From assembly GCA_964016885.1 (NCBI GenBank), contig OZ024741.1:152024001-152088000 (forward strand): 64,000 nt of DNA, given 5' to 3'. Shown here in pieces: positions 13,006 to 24,683 of this stretch (position 1 is its first letter; the number at the start of each line of letters is the position of its first letter). The position numbers and the translations under genes are program-made. The notes below the pieces were generated by a model. It was not told the origin of the DNA and made no database searches. It saw only the letters and a list, made by a program, of their open reading frames with translations. Source of the stretch: Eledone cirrhosa (taxonomy: Eukaryota).

Positions 13006-13419
13006 CCTTATCTATGTATGCATCATTAAAACTCGTATGATCTCAACAGAATACATTTCAACTATACTTGGTGAAGCATTCAATCATATGAATGTCTGAT
13101 TTGTGAAATAACGCAAGGGGTTGAGTATATCACAAACGCGTGTACCCTTAAAGTGATTCAGCGTGACACAGTATGAGCACCCTACACACACATTTACTCT
13201 TCAGATACACGTATAATCTCTGTCACACAATATGTAACTCGGTTGAACCTTTGAATTGTAAGTTGAATCCATCAGTGTCAATTCAACCAATTTCACTCCC
13301 AAGGCTTGGATTGACCCAAGGCTTCGGTAAACAAAATTGCTCAGGATGCCACACATTAGGATCGAGACAGAAACCTCATATTTGCGAGGCGAACTTCTTA
13401 ACCTCAATCGATGTATAAC

Positions 13420-13490
<71 letters not shown>

Positions 13491-13502
13491 TGTATGTATG
13501 TA

Positions 13503-13666
13503 TACAGGGGGTGCTGAAAAGCTCCTGGCTTTAAGGGTATCACGAAAGGGTAGCGTTGGTATATTTACAGGGGAAATAGGACAGGTGTAATAAGTTTGCA
13601 ATCATAATACACTGATCCTCCTGTACTTTCTTTTATCCAAAGCCAGGAACTTTTCAGTGCCCCCTC

Positions 13667-13669
<3 letters not shown>
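13503..13669. mobile_element. Mariner-type MITE
   Basis: TIRs TACAGGGGGTGCTGAAAAGCTCCTGGCTT / AAGCCAGGAACTTTTCAGTGCCCCCTCGTA with TA flanks. Confidence 0.8.
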
Positions 13670-13758
<89 letters not shown>

Positions 13759-13829
13759 GTATATATATATATGTATATATATATATGTATATATATATAT
13801 GTATATATATATATGTATATATATATATG

Positions 13830-13896
<67 letters not shown>

Positions 13897-14004
13897 GTAT
13901 TGGAAAATGTGTAAAATCCTTTGTACAGTTAGGTATATTTGAAAAAAAGGAAAAGAATGACTTCACTTGTAGTTCTAAACAATTTGATTTAATTTTATAT
14001 TATA

Positions 14005-14992
14005 CTAGCAGCAGTACCCAGCGTTGCCTGGGTAGGTAAAATAATATCTACTTTGATGAAAAGGTGTTGGTCTTCGCGACAGGCCATGCGGGGGAGGATG
14101 GTGATGACCTCTATCAATGAGAAACACGGGTGACTGACGAAGGGGAATTTTGGGAGAGGGAGGTAATGACCGCTAACACTAAACCAAATTTCCTCACGCT
14201 ACTTGATTGGAAACCGATGAATTCTCAAATACACAACTAAAAGCTCAGACGACGTCAGAGGCCATCGTTTTGCTTTTGACCATCTATAAGATGTGCAATG
14301 ATAGGTTCTATCGTAGTATAAAAGTTGAACCAAATAAATTGATTTATGTGTGAGGTGGAGCCGAAGTTTCGAATTTGAACGAAACCGGTTGGAAAATGTG
14401 GGAGCTAGAGCCGAAAAGGCGGAAATTTGAGCGAAAAGGTGGTATTTTCGAATATTTAAGCGGCTGCCACGCCGTTCCTGAACAAAAAAATCCAAAATGT
14501 CAAGCCATTTTAAGACGTGAAATGATCAGATCTAACGTAGTGTAAAATTTGAACAAAGTAGGTTGATTAATGTGGGAGCTAGAGCTGAAAAAGTGGAAAT
14601 TTGAGTCTAAAAGTGGTATTTGTTAATATTTAAGCGGCTACCACGCCGTCCCTGAACACCAAATGCAAAATATAACGCAATTACAGGATGTGCAATGATA
14701 AATCCTATTTTGCTTTAAAATTTGAACGGAATCGGTGGAAAAATGTGGAAGCTAGGGCCAAAAATCTTATTTTTCGGTACCTAAAAAAAGGTGACACCCC
14801 TATCGATTTTTATCTGCAGAATGACCCCGGAAAAAATAAAAACGATACGCTGATATATAGAAAACACTCCCCGATGACTAATCTATGAGCCTATAAAGTT
14901 TAATGAAAATCGGTCGTAAGATGTAGGCCCCTATAGGTAATACACAGACACACAGACACACACACATACTTAATTTTATATTAATATACAGA
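14005..14992 (-). mobile_element. Non-autonomous Helitron
   Basis: Minus strand starts A|TC and ends CTAG|T, with subterminal hairpin TACCCAG-gcaacg-CTGGGTA and internal subrepeats. A second copy lies at 39647-40504. Confidence 0.85.
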
Positions 14993-15067
14993 TTAGAAAA
15001 TTAAATCAATTTGTTTAGAACTACAAGTGAAGTCATTCTTTTCCTTTTTTCAAATATATATAAATAA

Positions 15068-15096
<29 letters not shown>

Positions 15097-15098
<2 letters not shown>

Positions 15099-15290
15099 GG
15101 AGTAAGTAAGACCCCGACGGCTGAGCTCAAGCCGTTTCGACGGCTAATTCTGTACTCAAGCCGTCGAAACGGCTTGAGCTCAGCCGTCGGGTTCTTACTT
15201 ACTCCTATTACCCACTCTACTACCCTAAGTATTGAGTACTTTGGTGCGTTATGGTCCACCTGGTTCCTTACCACTTTTCCTTCGCTATAT
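15097..15290. repeat. (TA)n-embedded short repeat with an internal fold-back
   Basis: Inverted repeat 15097-15149 / about 15160-15208. The segment ggaccataacgcaccaaagtactcaatacttagggtagtagagtgggtaatagga recurs at 43043-43097 and 55435-55490. Confidence 0.8.
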
Positions 15291-15346
15291 ATATATATAT
15301 ATATATATCCGTTCAGCAGTTCTAAGGATAAATCGTTTATATATGA

Positions 15347-15419
<73 letters not shown>

Positions 15420-15429
15420 GAATACTCCA

Positions 15430-16456
15430 CTATAATTTCGGTAAGGTGCATCAAGCTCAATCCTATTGGTGAAAAAAAGTGACAAACAACAGATATGGCG
15501 TCATCATCACTGCAATATTCGTTCCCAGTTAAGTGTCTTTTCATTTTGGGGAACAGATGAAAGTCAGGAGAATAGGGATGGTGATCAACCAGTTCAAAGC
15601 CAGTTGCCAGTAGCAATTGAAACTAAGGTCATGTGTGCTGGAGCATTCACCTGGTGAAACAAGACCCCTTTTGTTAGATTTCCTGAGCATTTGGTCTTGA
15701 TAGCCTTTCGTAACTGGCTCAGCAAGTTAGCATAGTACTCTCCACTGATGGCGTCCCCTTTTGTAGATAGTTATAAAAACAACGCCTTTTGCATCCCCCC
15801 CCCCCAAAAAAAAAAAACTGAGGCCTTCTTCTTCCCTGCAGAGGAAACGACCTTGGCCTTCTTTGGAGCAGATTAGGAGGGGTGTTTCCACTGCATGAAT
15901 TGTCTCTTTGTCTCTGTGTCAAAGCCGCCTCAAACAATGTCAGATTTCCCCGTGATTTGATCAGTCTGGGACGCCTTTGATCAGGTGTCAGAATCCTTCG
16001 TTATGTAAAGTTAATTGCAGATTATACTCAACTCTCTCACGGCATATGCTAATAGCATTGCCTATTTGATTTATAGTCTGTCATCTATCACCATGTGGTG
16101 AACACGATCAATGTTTTCCTTGTTGATGGCAGCTGCAAGACTTCAAGACTCCTCCTTCCCTTCTGAAATTTACCTACCTATATTTGCACTGTTAATAAAG
16201 CAGGAGCGTTATCCCTCAATGTAGCAACCGTATCAGCATGAATATCCTTGGGGTCTAAATCCTTTTCCTGCACGTACTTGATAACACCACGGTGATAAAT
16301 TTTTACCTTTGAAGCCTTCTGTGAACAGATAGATACCAGTTTACCCGGCATAAAATGCAGCTTAATAAGAAGAGTTGAAATTAAGGTATGCAAGATTAAA
16401 TACCTCTAGCATCACTCCTTCTTAGTCCGCTTATGGACTTTTCAGCCAACCCTCGG
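15430..16456 (-). mobile_element. Degenerate mariner (Tc1/mariner) transposase copy
   Basis: GFELVDHHPYSPD..FHLFPKMKRHL (YSPDL motif region) and N-terminal YHRGVIKY...KDIHAD..ATL.DNAP. TIR-like ggacttttcagccaaccctcg at 16436-16456. Many frameshifts. Confidence 0.8.
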
Positions 16457-16475
16457 GTGTGTATATATATATATA

Positions 16476-16557
16476 TACATGAAGAGGCGCTGAGAAGTTC
16501 CTGCCTGCGTGTATATATATATATAAAGGCAGGAACTTCTCAGCGCCTCTTCATGTA
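16476..16557. mobile_element. Minimal mariner-like TIR pair around (TA)n
   Basis: tacatgaagaggcgctgagaagttcctgcct / aggcaggaacttctcagcgcctcttcatgta, a perfect inverted repeat resembling the 13503 TIR. Confidence 0.7.
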
Positions 16558-16753
16558 TATATATAAGGAAGATGCGACTTTTAGAGTTCCATGGGCGAGG
16601 CTGTCCACTGTTGTCCGTCTCCAAGGGCTTGTATGCCCAACTTGTGAAAATACTTTCCGTAGTCAAAAACGTGCATTGAAGCTTCTGAATTCCTGTTAAA
16701 TTCATCCATACCCCACACACATATTTTTAATATAATATTATATAATATTATAT

Positions 16754-16897
16754 AATTGTTTCTACTATTGGAACAAGGCCAGCAATTACCCAGTACATTA
16801 CTGGTACTTTATTTTATCAACCCCGTAAGGATGAAAGGCAAAGTTAACCTCGGCGGGATTTGAACTCAGAATGGCAAGGGCCGTAACTCTATGCGTC
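16754..16897 (-). mobile_element. tRNA-derived SINE family 1, 5'-truncated
   Basis: Matches family 1 (B box and the CCTTGT-CCAA-AGTAGAAACAATT tail). Confidence 0.85.
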
Positions 16898-16908
16898 ATA
16901 TAATTATA

Positions 16909-16976
<68 letters not shown>

Positions 16977-17702
16977 GCGTGTGCGTGTGTGTGTGTTCGG
17001 CAAAAACTATATTTACACCAAACTAGCAGAAAGGGAAAATTCTGTTAAATTCATTGCAATTCTCAGGATTGAAATAAAATAAAATTTTCAATATTTTAAC
17101 CCATATTTACCAATCCTATCTATCTATCTCCTCTTCTCTCCCTCTTTCTCTCTCTCTCTCTCTCCTCTTCTATCTCTCTCTCTCATCTTCTCTTTCTCCC
17201 TCTTTCTCTCTTTGTCTCTATCTCTTTTCTTTTCCTTTCTCTCTCTGTACTTTTGTGTATCTCGTTTCTCTCTCTCTATTTACCATTCTCGGTTTGTTTT
17301 TCTTATGGAAGAATCGTATTGTATATAGAATTAGATGGGAGAGGGCTTTCTACATGGACTACATCAGAATCTCCATTGATCTTTCATTTCACATCCACAC
17401 AAATCCAAAAAAGAAGCAATATTAATAAATAACAATGAATAAATAATACACAGCAACGACTTCAATAACAATACCAGAAACAATTACAACAAAAAGAAGC
17501 TACAACCAATCATTCAATAAAAGCACTAAAGAATACGACAGATTCTTCTCGAAGAAGAAAGGTATGGCATTCTTTAATACTGTTTTATTCCTAAAACAAG
17601 AAACCATTTGAACTGATTATATTGTTGTGTGATACCTAAAGAATGTTTTGCTTATTTTATTTACGAATAAGAAATAAGTATTTTGTTTTGTTTAATAATA
17701 AT

Positions 17703-17879
17703 AATTGTTTCTACTTTTGGCACAAGGCCAGCAATTACCCAGTGTATAATTGGTACTCTATTTTATCGACCCCATAAGGATGAAAGCAAAGTTAACCTCG
17801 GCGGGATTTGAACTCAGAATAGCAAGGGCCGTAACTCTATGCGTCAAGGCATGGCGTCCGACACGCTACCGATACTGCC
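17703..17879 (-). mobile_element. tRNA-derived SINE family 1, flanked by (AAT)n on both sides
   Basis: Family 1 sequence, with (AAT)n at 17694-17705 and 17880-17906. Confidence 0.9.
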
Positions 17880-18148
17880 AATAATAATAATAATAATAAT
17901 AATAATGTTTTCTTTATTAACCACAAGGGTTACATAAGGTAGACATTAAGGACAGTACAGGACAATACAGGACGGTACAAATGGGCATTTCTGCGTGTAA
18001 AAAAACAGAAGTTGAAATAAAATAACAAAGAAAAATTCCCCAATAGGGGGGAGACTTCCGAGGGACATTTGTGGAGAAAGCCCATTAAAAGACCACAGTG
18101 GCCCTGACCACCAGGGCAAGTGCCCTCTCCCAGTTTTCCACCTTTAAT

Positions 18149-21100
18149 TTACAGACACATACTCAGAGAAGGCCCATTCATTCGGGCCATACTTGCTTCT
18201 CTCACCCATCTTTCAACAAAATGCTGGGAAGAGAGCACTTCCCTCTCTACCCTGATTTTCCTTTTCAAATGAAATTTGAAAAAGTTAATCAGGGCATCAC
18301 CGAAGAGGTAAGTGCTCATCTTCAGCCCTTTCAAACGTGTCCACCATACTATCTCTTTCGCCATGGCCACCAGACAGATAAAAACTGCCTGCCCTTCCCG
18401 GCTGAAGAAAGGGGGCGGGGCAATCCTCACGATGGACTCAGCTGATAGCTGGATCCGTCCTACACGTGACAGCAGGTGTTCGACATAAACCCACAAGTCA
18501 GCAATGCTCGGACACTGGACGAGTGCGTGCAGGACGGTTTCGTCGCCCTGCGCGCATCTCGGACATGCCCGGCTGACGGCACCTCCATGCCTGTAGAGTT
18601 TATCCCGAACTGGCAAAGCTCCTCGGTAGCACTGCCAGGCCAGGGATTTCTGGAAGTTGTCCATAGGCCCCGGCCCAAAAGTCCTTCCGAAGAGATTGGC
18701 TAGTTGATTTTCGTCGACGCCTAGAGTTTCTCCAAGTACGTCGTCGCTCTTCCCCTCCACTAATCCCCTATAGAACGCCAAGGTGGAGTTTCCACCGATC
18801 ACATTGCCCGATTGGTCGAGGGCTGTGAGCGCCTGAAGACATTCCAGTCTCCAAGCGCTCCCTCTCGGTCTTCGCTTGACCCAGGACTGCAGCTCCGTCA
18901 AGGAGACGAGCTAGGGAAAAACGTGTCTAGCAAACGGCGACCACACCTGATCACCGTCGAGGAAGAGGTGGAGATGTCGTAGCCTGAGCGCGTGTCTGCG
19001 CATCATCAGCCACGGCATGCCCAGCCCTCCACGTAGCGGGTGTTGACAGCAGATGGACCGCCTGACCATCGGAGCGCGTCCCTTCCACAAGAAGCGAAAG
19101 AGCAAACGCTCCAGCGCAGTCAGGCGGGGCTTAGGACAAGGTACGACGGTCAGGCGGTAGTAGATGACGGATGCGATGTACGCATTCGCCACCTCCGCTC
19201 GACCTTTCAGGGATAGCTTCCTCTCGGCCCATTTCTGGGTGAGAGAAGCCACCCTGCTCGTCACCTCGTCCCAGTTTTTGTCCGTCTGGAGGTCTGGACC
19301 GAACCAGACCCCTAGCAATTTAACCAGTCCGTCCGTCCAGTGCCCGACGACGCTGTTGGACGGCATGGACCTGCCTCTCCAGGTGCCGAGCTGCAGGCCC
19401 ACTGACTTTTCCTGGTTGATCATTGCTCCTGTCACCGCTTCGTATTCTCTTAGTGTAGTGCCGATCGCCTCGATGTGTTTGGCGTTCGACACCACTACGG
19501 TGACATCGTCGGCATATGCTGACACGGATCTTCCGCATCCTAGTTCGCGCGGGACCCCCCTCAACGTCTCCAGTTTGTGCAGTAATGGCTCGAGAGTCAA
19601 TACGTACAATAGGGACGAGAGGGGACATCCTTGGCGGACCGAGCGCATGATGTTGAACGGTTCCAAAAGGTGACCGTTCACTCTCACTACAGAGCAGATG
19701 TCGCTGTGCATGGCAGCGATCCAGCCTCTGAAGACGGTCCCAAAGCCAGCCGCCCTCGGGACTGCCGCTAGCTAACGATGGTCGACCCTATCGAAGGCTT
19801 TCGACTGATCTAAATTGATCAAAGACCCACCCGTTCCAGGTTCCCTAGCTACCCTCTCTACGATGTATCGCATGAGGTGGAGGTTGTCGTGGATGGATCT
19901 GTCGGGAATGGCGCATGTCTGTGCCTCTCCCACCAGACCACCAACGACAAGCGCCAACCTCTTTGCTAGCACCTTGGCCAAAATCTTGAACTCTGTGTTT
20001 AGCAGAGTTATGGGCCTAAAATTATCTATGTTATCCCCCTTGTTCGGATCCTTTCTCAGCAGCGCCACCGCTCCTCGGCTCACAGAGCTGGGAATTCTCC
20101 CGTTCTGTTGCCAGTTGCAGTAGACGTCCGCCAAGAGGCCTCCGAACAAGTTTGGCATTTGTACGTAAAGTTCATAGGGCAGACCATCCAAACCAGGCGA
20201 TTTACCCCTTGTGCAACTAGTCATTGCATCCTGTACTTCAGCGGTTGTTATCGGCTTTTCGCAACACTCCGCCTCAGTGGCCGAAAGCCGCGGCAGTCCG
20301 TCGAGGTAAACACTAAAGTCCATCCCTCGATCCGGCCCGCCACTGCCCCCGAACAGTTGAGCGAAGTGTCGCTGAAAAGCTTCACACATTTGCCCGGGAT
20401 CGAGTAGCATGCGCCCGTCGTGGTCCACCAAAGACCGGATCGTGACTCTGTTGCCACGACGCGCCTCCGCCACTCGGGCCCATTGAACGGCTTTCGTCCC
20501 CTCGTGTCTGAGAGCACGCACCCTAGCTCTGACAACGCAGCCTTCGTTCTTTGCATTGAAGAATTGGTCAAGGGCCAATTTCGCCGCAAGTACGTCGGTT
20601 GCGATGCCTTTGCTAAGCGCCTCATCTAATTTTCTAACTAATTCTCCCTCTGCTCTATTTTTCTCTATTGCTAAAGTCTTACTAAACCTAATGGACTCTA
20701 TTCTAATTGCTCTTTTCAGAGCAAACCACCACTTGTTGTTGACGATGGCCCCCGTCAACGCCCGCTTAACTAGTTCGCTAATCCGGTCTCTGTAGGCCTT
20801 GCGTGCTGGTTAAGACGCGTTTAGCTTCCAGTAGCCGGGTCCTCGTCTATGAAGCCTATCTAAGTCAAGCAAACAGATCACGAATTTGTGGTCCGTGTAG
20901 CTGACTATCTTGAATTGTGGACAGCCTATGCTAGACCTATCTATTTCCCTACAAAATACTCTATCTAGATATGATCTGGATGACCCTATGCGATTTGTCC
21001 AAGTCCACATTGGCACATTCGGGAAATCCATTCGGTACCTGTCAGACAGTTCAAAACGTCTGAGCAGGTTGGTGAGACTCTTGCACCCTCCTTCCCTATC

Positions 21101-21568
21101 CACTAATCCCACACAATCCCAGCGTGCATCTAAGATCCCGTTCCAGTCGCCCACTAACACTAAAGAGCGGGACGTTCCAAGAAAGGTCTCCAGACGCCGG
21201 AAGAAATCAGGCCGCCCTGCTCCTGTCGGGGCATAGACGGCCACTAACCTGAAAGCTTGCCCGTTTCCGCTGGTCACGTCCAGCACCACCAACTTACCTT
21301 CTGGGTCCAGGAAGATGGCCTGTATGGCAAGATCCAAACCTCTCTGAAAAAGCACAGCAACTCCTCCCCCCGATCCCGGACGGCTGGGAGATGCGTACAC
21401 ATCGTAGCCGCCGAAGATCGGTGCGAAAGCCTGTGCTTCGGAGATTCTGGTCTCGCTGATGGCCACTACATCTATATTTAGTGACCTGAGGTCGTTGAGC
21501 AGGTGGCCCTGCTTCCATGACGACCCCAAGCCACGCGCATTTATGCTGCCTATTCTGAGTGAGGTCAT
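18149..21568 (-). pseudogene. Tx1 ORF2 (AP endonuclease + reverse transcriptase + C-terminal Cys/His domain) with three in-frame stops
   Basis: APE: SINARGL, ISET, VYAP, GDWN, SYLDR, TDH, GYWKLN. RT: KSPGLDGL, FRPITLLN, DQSKAFDRVDH, VRQGCPLS, YADD, LLGV. C-term: CPRC..ETVLHALVQC. ORFs 20810..21568, 19772..20758, 18911..19711 and 18149..18901 all share one frame. Confidence 0.92.
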
Positions 21569-21602
21569 GTTGAAAAGGAGTGGAAAAGATGGGAAAGACC
21601 AC

Positions 21603-23307
21603 TTACCTTACTTCTCGTAGGGGAAGGACGGTTTGTCCATCCTTTTCACTGCTTGTGGCCTCCTCAGGAAGGATGTCCTTATAAATCCTCCTGGAGAGTG
21701 CTTGTCGGAAGTCTCCGATGTCTTTGGGGAATTTTTGTTTTAGTGTCATGTACGTTTTCTGTGTGATGCGAGTGATTTGTATGTGTGGAGGTGGTGTGAA
21801 TTTTGGGGTTGTTGTGTAGTCTTTTTCTGTGATGCTGGTGTTGTGTTGGATGTAGTGTAATAATTGCTTGTTGTTCAAATTTAATGCTGTGTAGTGTGTA
21901 TCGTTTTGGTTGTTTTGTTTTGTTTGCGTTTGTTGTGGGTTTGTTTCTGTTTCGCATTTTGGTGACTTTTGTAGTGTAGGTGATGGTGGTGCTGGGGTTA
22001 ATGATGGTGATGGTGTTGGTGTTTGGGTTGATGGGGTTGGTGATGCTGGTGTGGATGGTGGCATATCTGTCCTAACTTTTTTGTTTCTTAATTTATTTGT
22101 TTCCCTCTGTATTTTGTTTTTGGAGGGGGAAGGAAGAGAATTTTTTCTTTTTTGGTTTCTTTTTTTTTCCGGATATCGTTTCCCACTCCTCGTCGTCACA
22201 ATCTGTCTCCAGTTGTGATAGGCCGGGGAGTGGAAAATCCTCCACAGCCGTTAGTTTTGGTTGTGGTGTGGTGGATGGTGTAGGCGCTGGTGCTAGTTCT
22301 GAAGCGTTGGGTGGTGGTGGTGTTGGTTTTGCTGGTGGTGGTAGTGGTGTTGGTTTTGCTACTGTTGCTGGGGTTGTTGCTGTTATAGTTGCTTCTGTTG
22401 TTGCTGCTACAGTTGTTGCTGCCATCTCTGCTACTGGTGGTGTTGATGGTTGTGTCACTGGGGTGGGTAGGAGAGGTGGCCTCAACCTTTTAGCCTGAGG
22501 GCAGAAAGCCCTTAGGTGGGTTCCTTCACCACAAACGACACACCTAGGTCTTCTGCCCTCGACAATTACCGTGAGGTGGCTGCCATCAGTGAGGTCTATT
22601 ACCTCTGGGATCTCCTCAATGCTTTTTTGGTCCGCTTGGATCAGGAGCTCCATCCCAGATCCGGACCAGTTTTCCTGCTTTTCTTTTGCTATTGCTATTA
22701 TTTTCGTGTTGGCTTCGATGCCGGCGAGGACAGCCGCTATTAGCCAGGGAATTTCGATGACCGGTGGAACGTGGGTCACCCTGATCTTTACGAGTCTCTG
22801 GCCACAATAGCTTGGGACGAGTGTGAAGTCGTCACTTTTTAATGGGGCCATGGAGTGTTCTCTAGCCTCCTCTGGTGTTTCAAAGAACACATCCACGGTT
22901 CCATACTTTTTCCCACGTCTGATGTGGGTTTTTCTTGCCCACACATGTCCCAAAGCTTTTTGGATTTGGGACTCGGATGCCCGTTCCACTCGGCGCGATT
23001 TTACATTTATTGTTCTATACGACACGGTGCATAGGCGCCGATGCTCCATTTTATTAGGTGGGGGGGTGAGGCTGACCCTGTACCCATCTTTCTTTACCAT
23101 TTGTTTGGCATTTTCTAAATCCTCCTGAGTTACCGTGAATGCTTCGAACTGTTTTGCTACTATGGCGAAACTGAGGGTCGGTTTTATAATGTCATTGTTG
23201 TTGTTGTTGCTATCGTTATTTGTGTTAATATTAATTTTAGTTTCAGTTGTGGTGGTGGTGACGTCAGTCGTCTTTGGTGCGGAAGAGTCCATTTTGCTTG
23301 ATTTCAT
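21603..23307 (-). pseudogene. Tx1 ORF1 (gag-like nucleic-acid-binding protein), frameshifted
   Basis: CVVCGEGTHLRAFC (CX2CX4HX4C), an RRM-like region and a Pro/Thr-rich linker. The frame changes near the A9 run at 22160-22168. The true start may be the ATG at 23566. Confidence 0.85.
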
Positions 23308-23775
23308 TTCGACATCACGAGTTAATTTTTTTTTTCTTCTTTTGTTTCTGTTGTCGCGGTGGTGGTGGTGGTGGAGGCTTTAACACCTGCAGTCATTGGT
23401 AATGGCGGGAAATGAATGTCTGCCTGAGACAAATTTAAAATATTGCTACTGCTTATATTTTTTTTGTGTTGGCAAACGTAGTAACATTTACAATGGTGGT
23501 GTCGGTGTGAGGTGTTATTTTGTGAGGAAGGCTTTCAGCTGCTTCGTGCAGAGGTGAATTAGCCATTTTTTTTTCAAAGAAATTTTTTGATAATAATAAA
23601 AGTTAAAATTTTGGGCACAAGGCCCCAATCTTTTTGGGTGTCCTTTTCGGAAAACAATGTATGTGTGCTTATAAACAGTTAACAATAAAATTTTCCATAA
23701 ATGGCAATTTTTAACAAACGGAAATAACAAACCTTTGCGGAGCTCACGATGATACGATTTACTACGTAGGTCGCC

Positions 23776-23805
<30 letters not shown>

Positions 23806-23806
<1 letters not shown>

Positions 23807-24634
23807 TGTCCCCTCTGCTGTTTATCCTTGCCCTGATACCCCTCACCGTTATATTGCGAAAAGTGAGAGCAAGATACAAGTTGGGAAAGGGAGAGCTTAC
23901 CATCAACCACCTCCTCTTCATGGATGATCTTAAACTCTTTGGGAAGAGTAAGAAGGAGTTGGATGTGCTTGTTGACACTGTCCGTATTTTCACCAATGAT
24001 ATATGTATGCAATTTGGTATTAATAAATGTGGTGTCCTTGTGATGAAGAGGGGTAAATTGAGCAGAAGTAACCGAATCCAGGTACCAACAGGTGAGATGA
24101 TAAAGGAAATTGACACTGAAGAAGGATACAAATATTTAGGTGTTCTGTAGGCAGATGACATCAAGAACAAAAACATGAAGGAATTGACAAGATCTGAGTA
24201 CATTAGGAGAGTAAGGAGCGTATTAAAATCACATCTGAACAGTAGGAATGTCACAAGTGCAGTGAATTCCCGAGCTGTGTCTATTATTAGGTACAGTGCG
24301 GGAATTCTGAGATGGAATGTTGCTGAAGAAAAAGAAATGGATAGGAAGACTAGGGAGGACTTAAAGTGGAGTTAAAAAGGATTTGGAACTGCCATGAAAT
24401 CAAGGACGTCCCGATTGCCATAGGTGCACTAGGTACTATCTCAAAGAGCTTCCAAGGATGGTTAAAGAAGATTAGTCTAGTCCCGCTTTTTGGAACACTT
24501 CAAAAGGCATGCTTGCTGGGAACAGCAAGAACCCTCCGATGCGTCCTGAATATCTGAGGCTGCAGGTAGCGGCTTGATATTCATTTCAACAAACTTTCCA
24601 GTTAAATAACATCAATGACTGAGACTCAAAGAAC
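23806..24634 (+). mobile_element. R4/Dong-clade LINE, 5'-truncated and internally deleted, inserted in (TAA)n
   Basis: SPLLF..NHLLFMDDLKLF..FGINKC..YKYLGV (RT), then DLKWELKRIW..IGALG..LQKACLLGTAR (RLE tail). The 3' UTR is shared with 2041-2120, and (AAT)n lies on both sides. Confidence 0.9.

Positions 24635-24682
<48 letters not shown>

Positions 24683-24683
<1 letters not shown>

Larger units (their letters stand above)
17907..23775 (-). mobile_element. Near full-length Tx1-clade (L1 group) non-LTR retrotransposon, copy A
   Basis: 5' UTR, ORF1 with a CCHC knuckle, ORF2 with APE-RT-Cys domains, and a 3' UTR with AATAAA 6 nt before (ATT)n. (ATT)n lies at both ends. Confidence 0.93.

Noticed and set aside
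18911-20812. Programmed readthrough or selenocysteine recoding of the in-frame stops in Tx1 ORF2
   Set aside because: The stops are TAA/TAG, not TGA, and copy B has ordinary sense codons at the same sites, so they are private nonsense mutations.
22150-22170. Programmed ribosomal frameshift in ORF1 at the A9 run
   Set aside because: There is no evident downstream structure and similar homopolymer slips occur upstream. Replication slippage or sequencing error is simpler.
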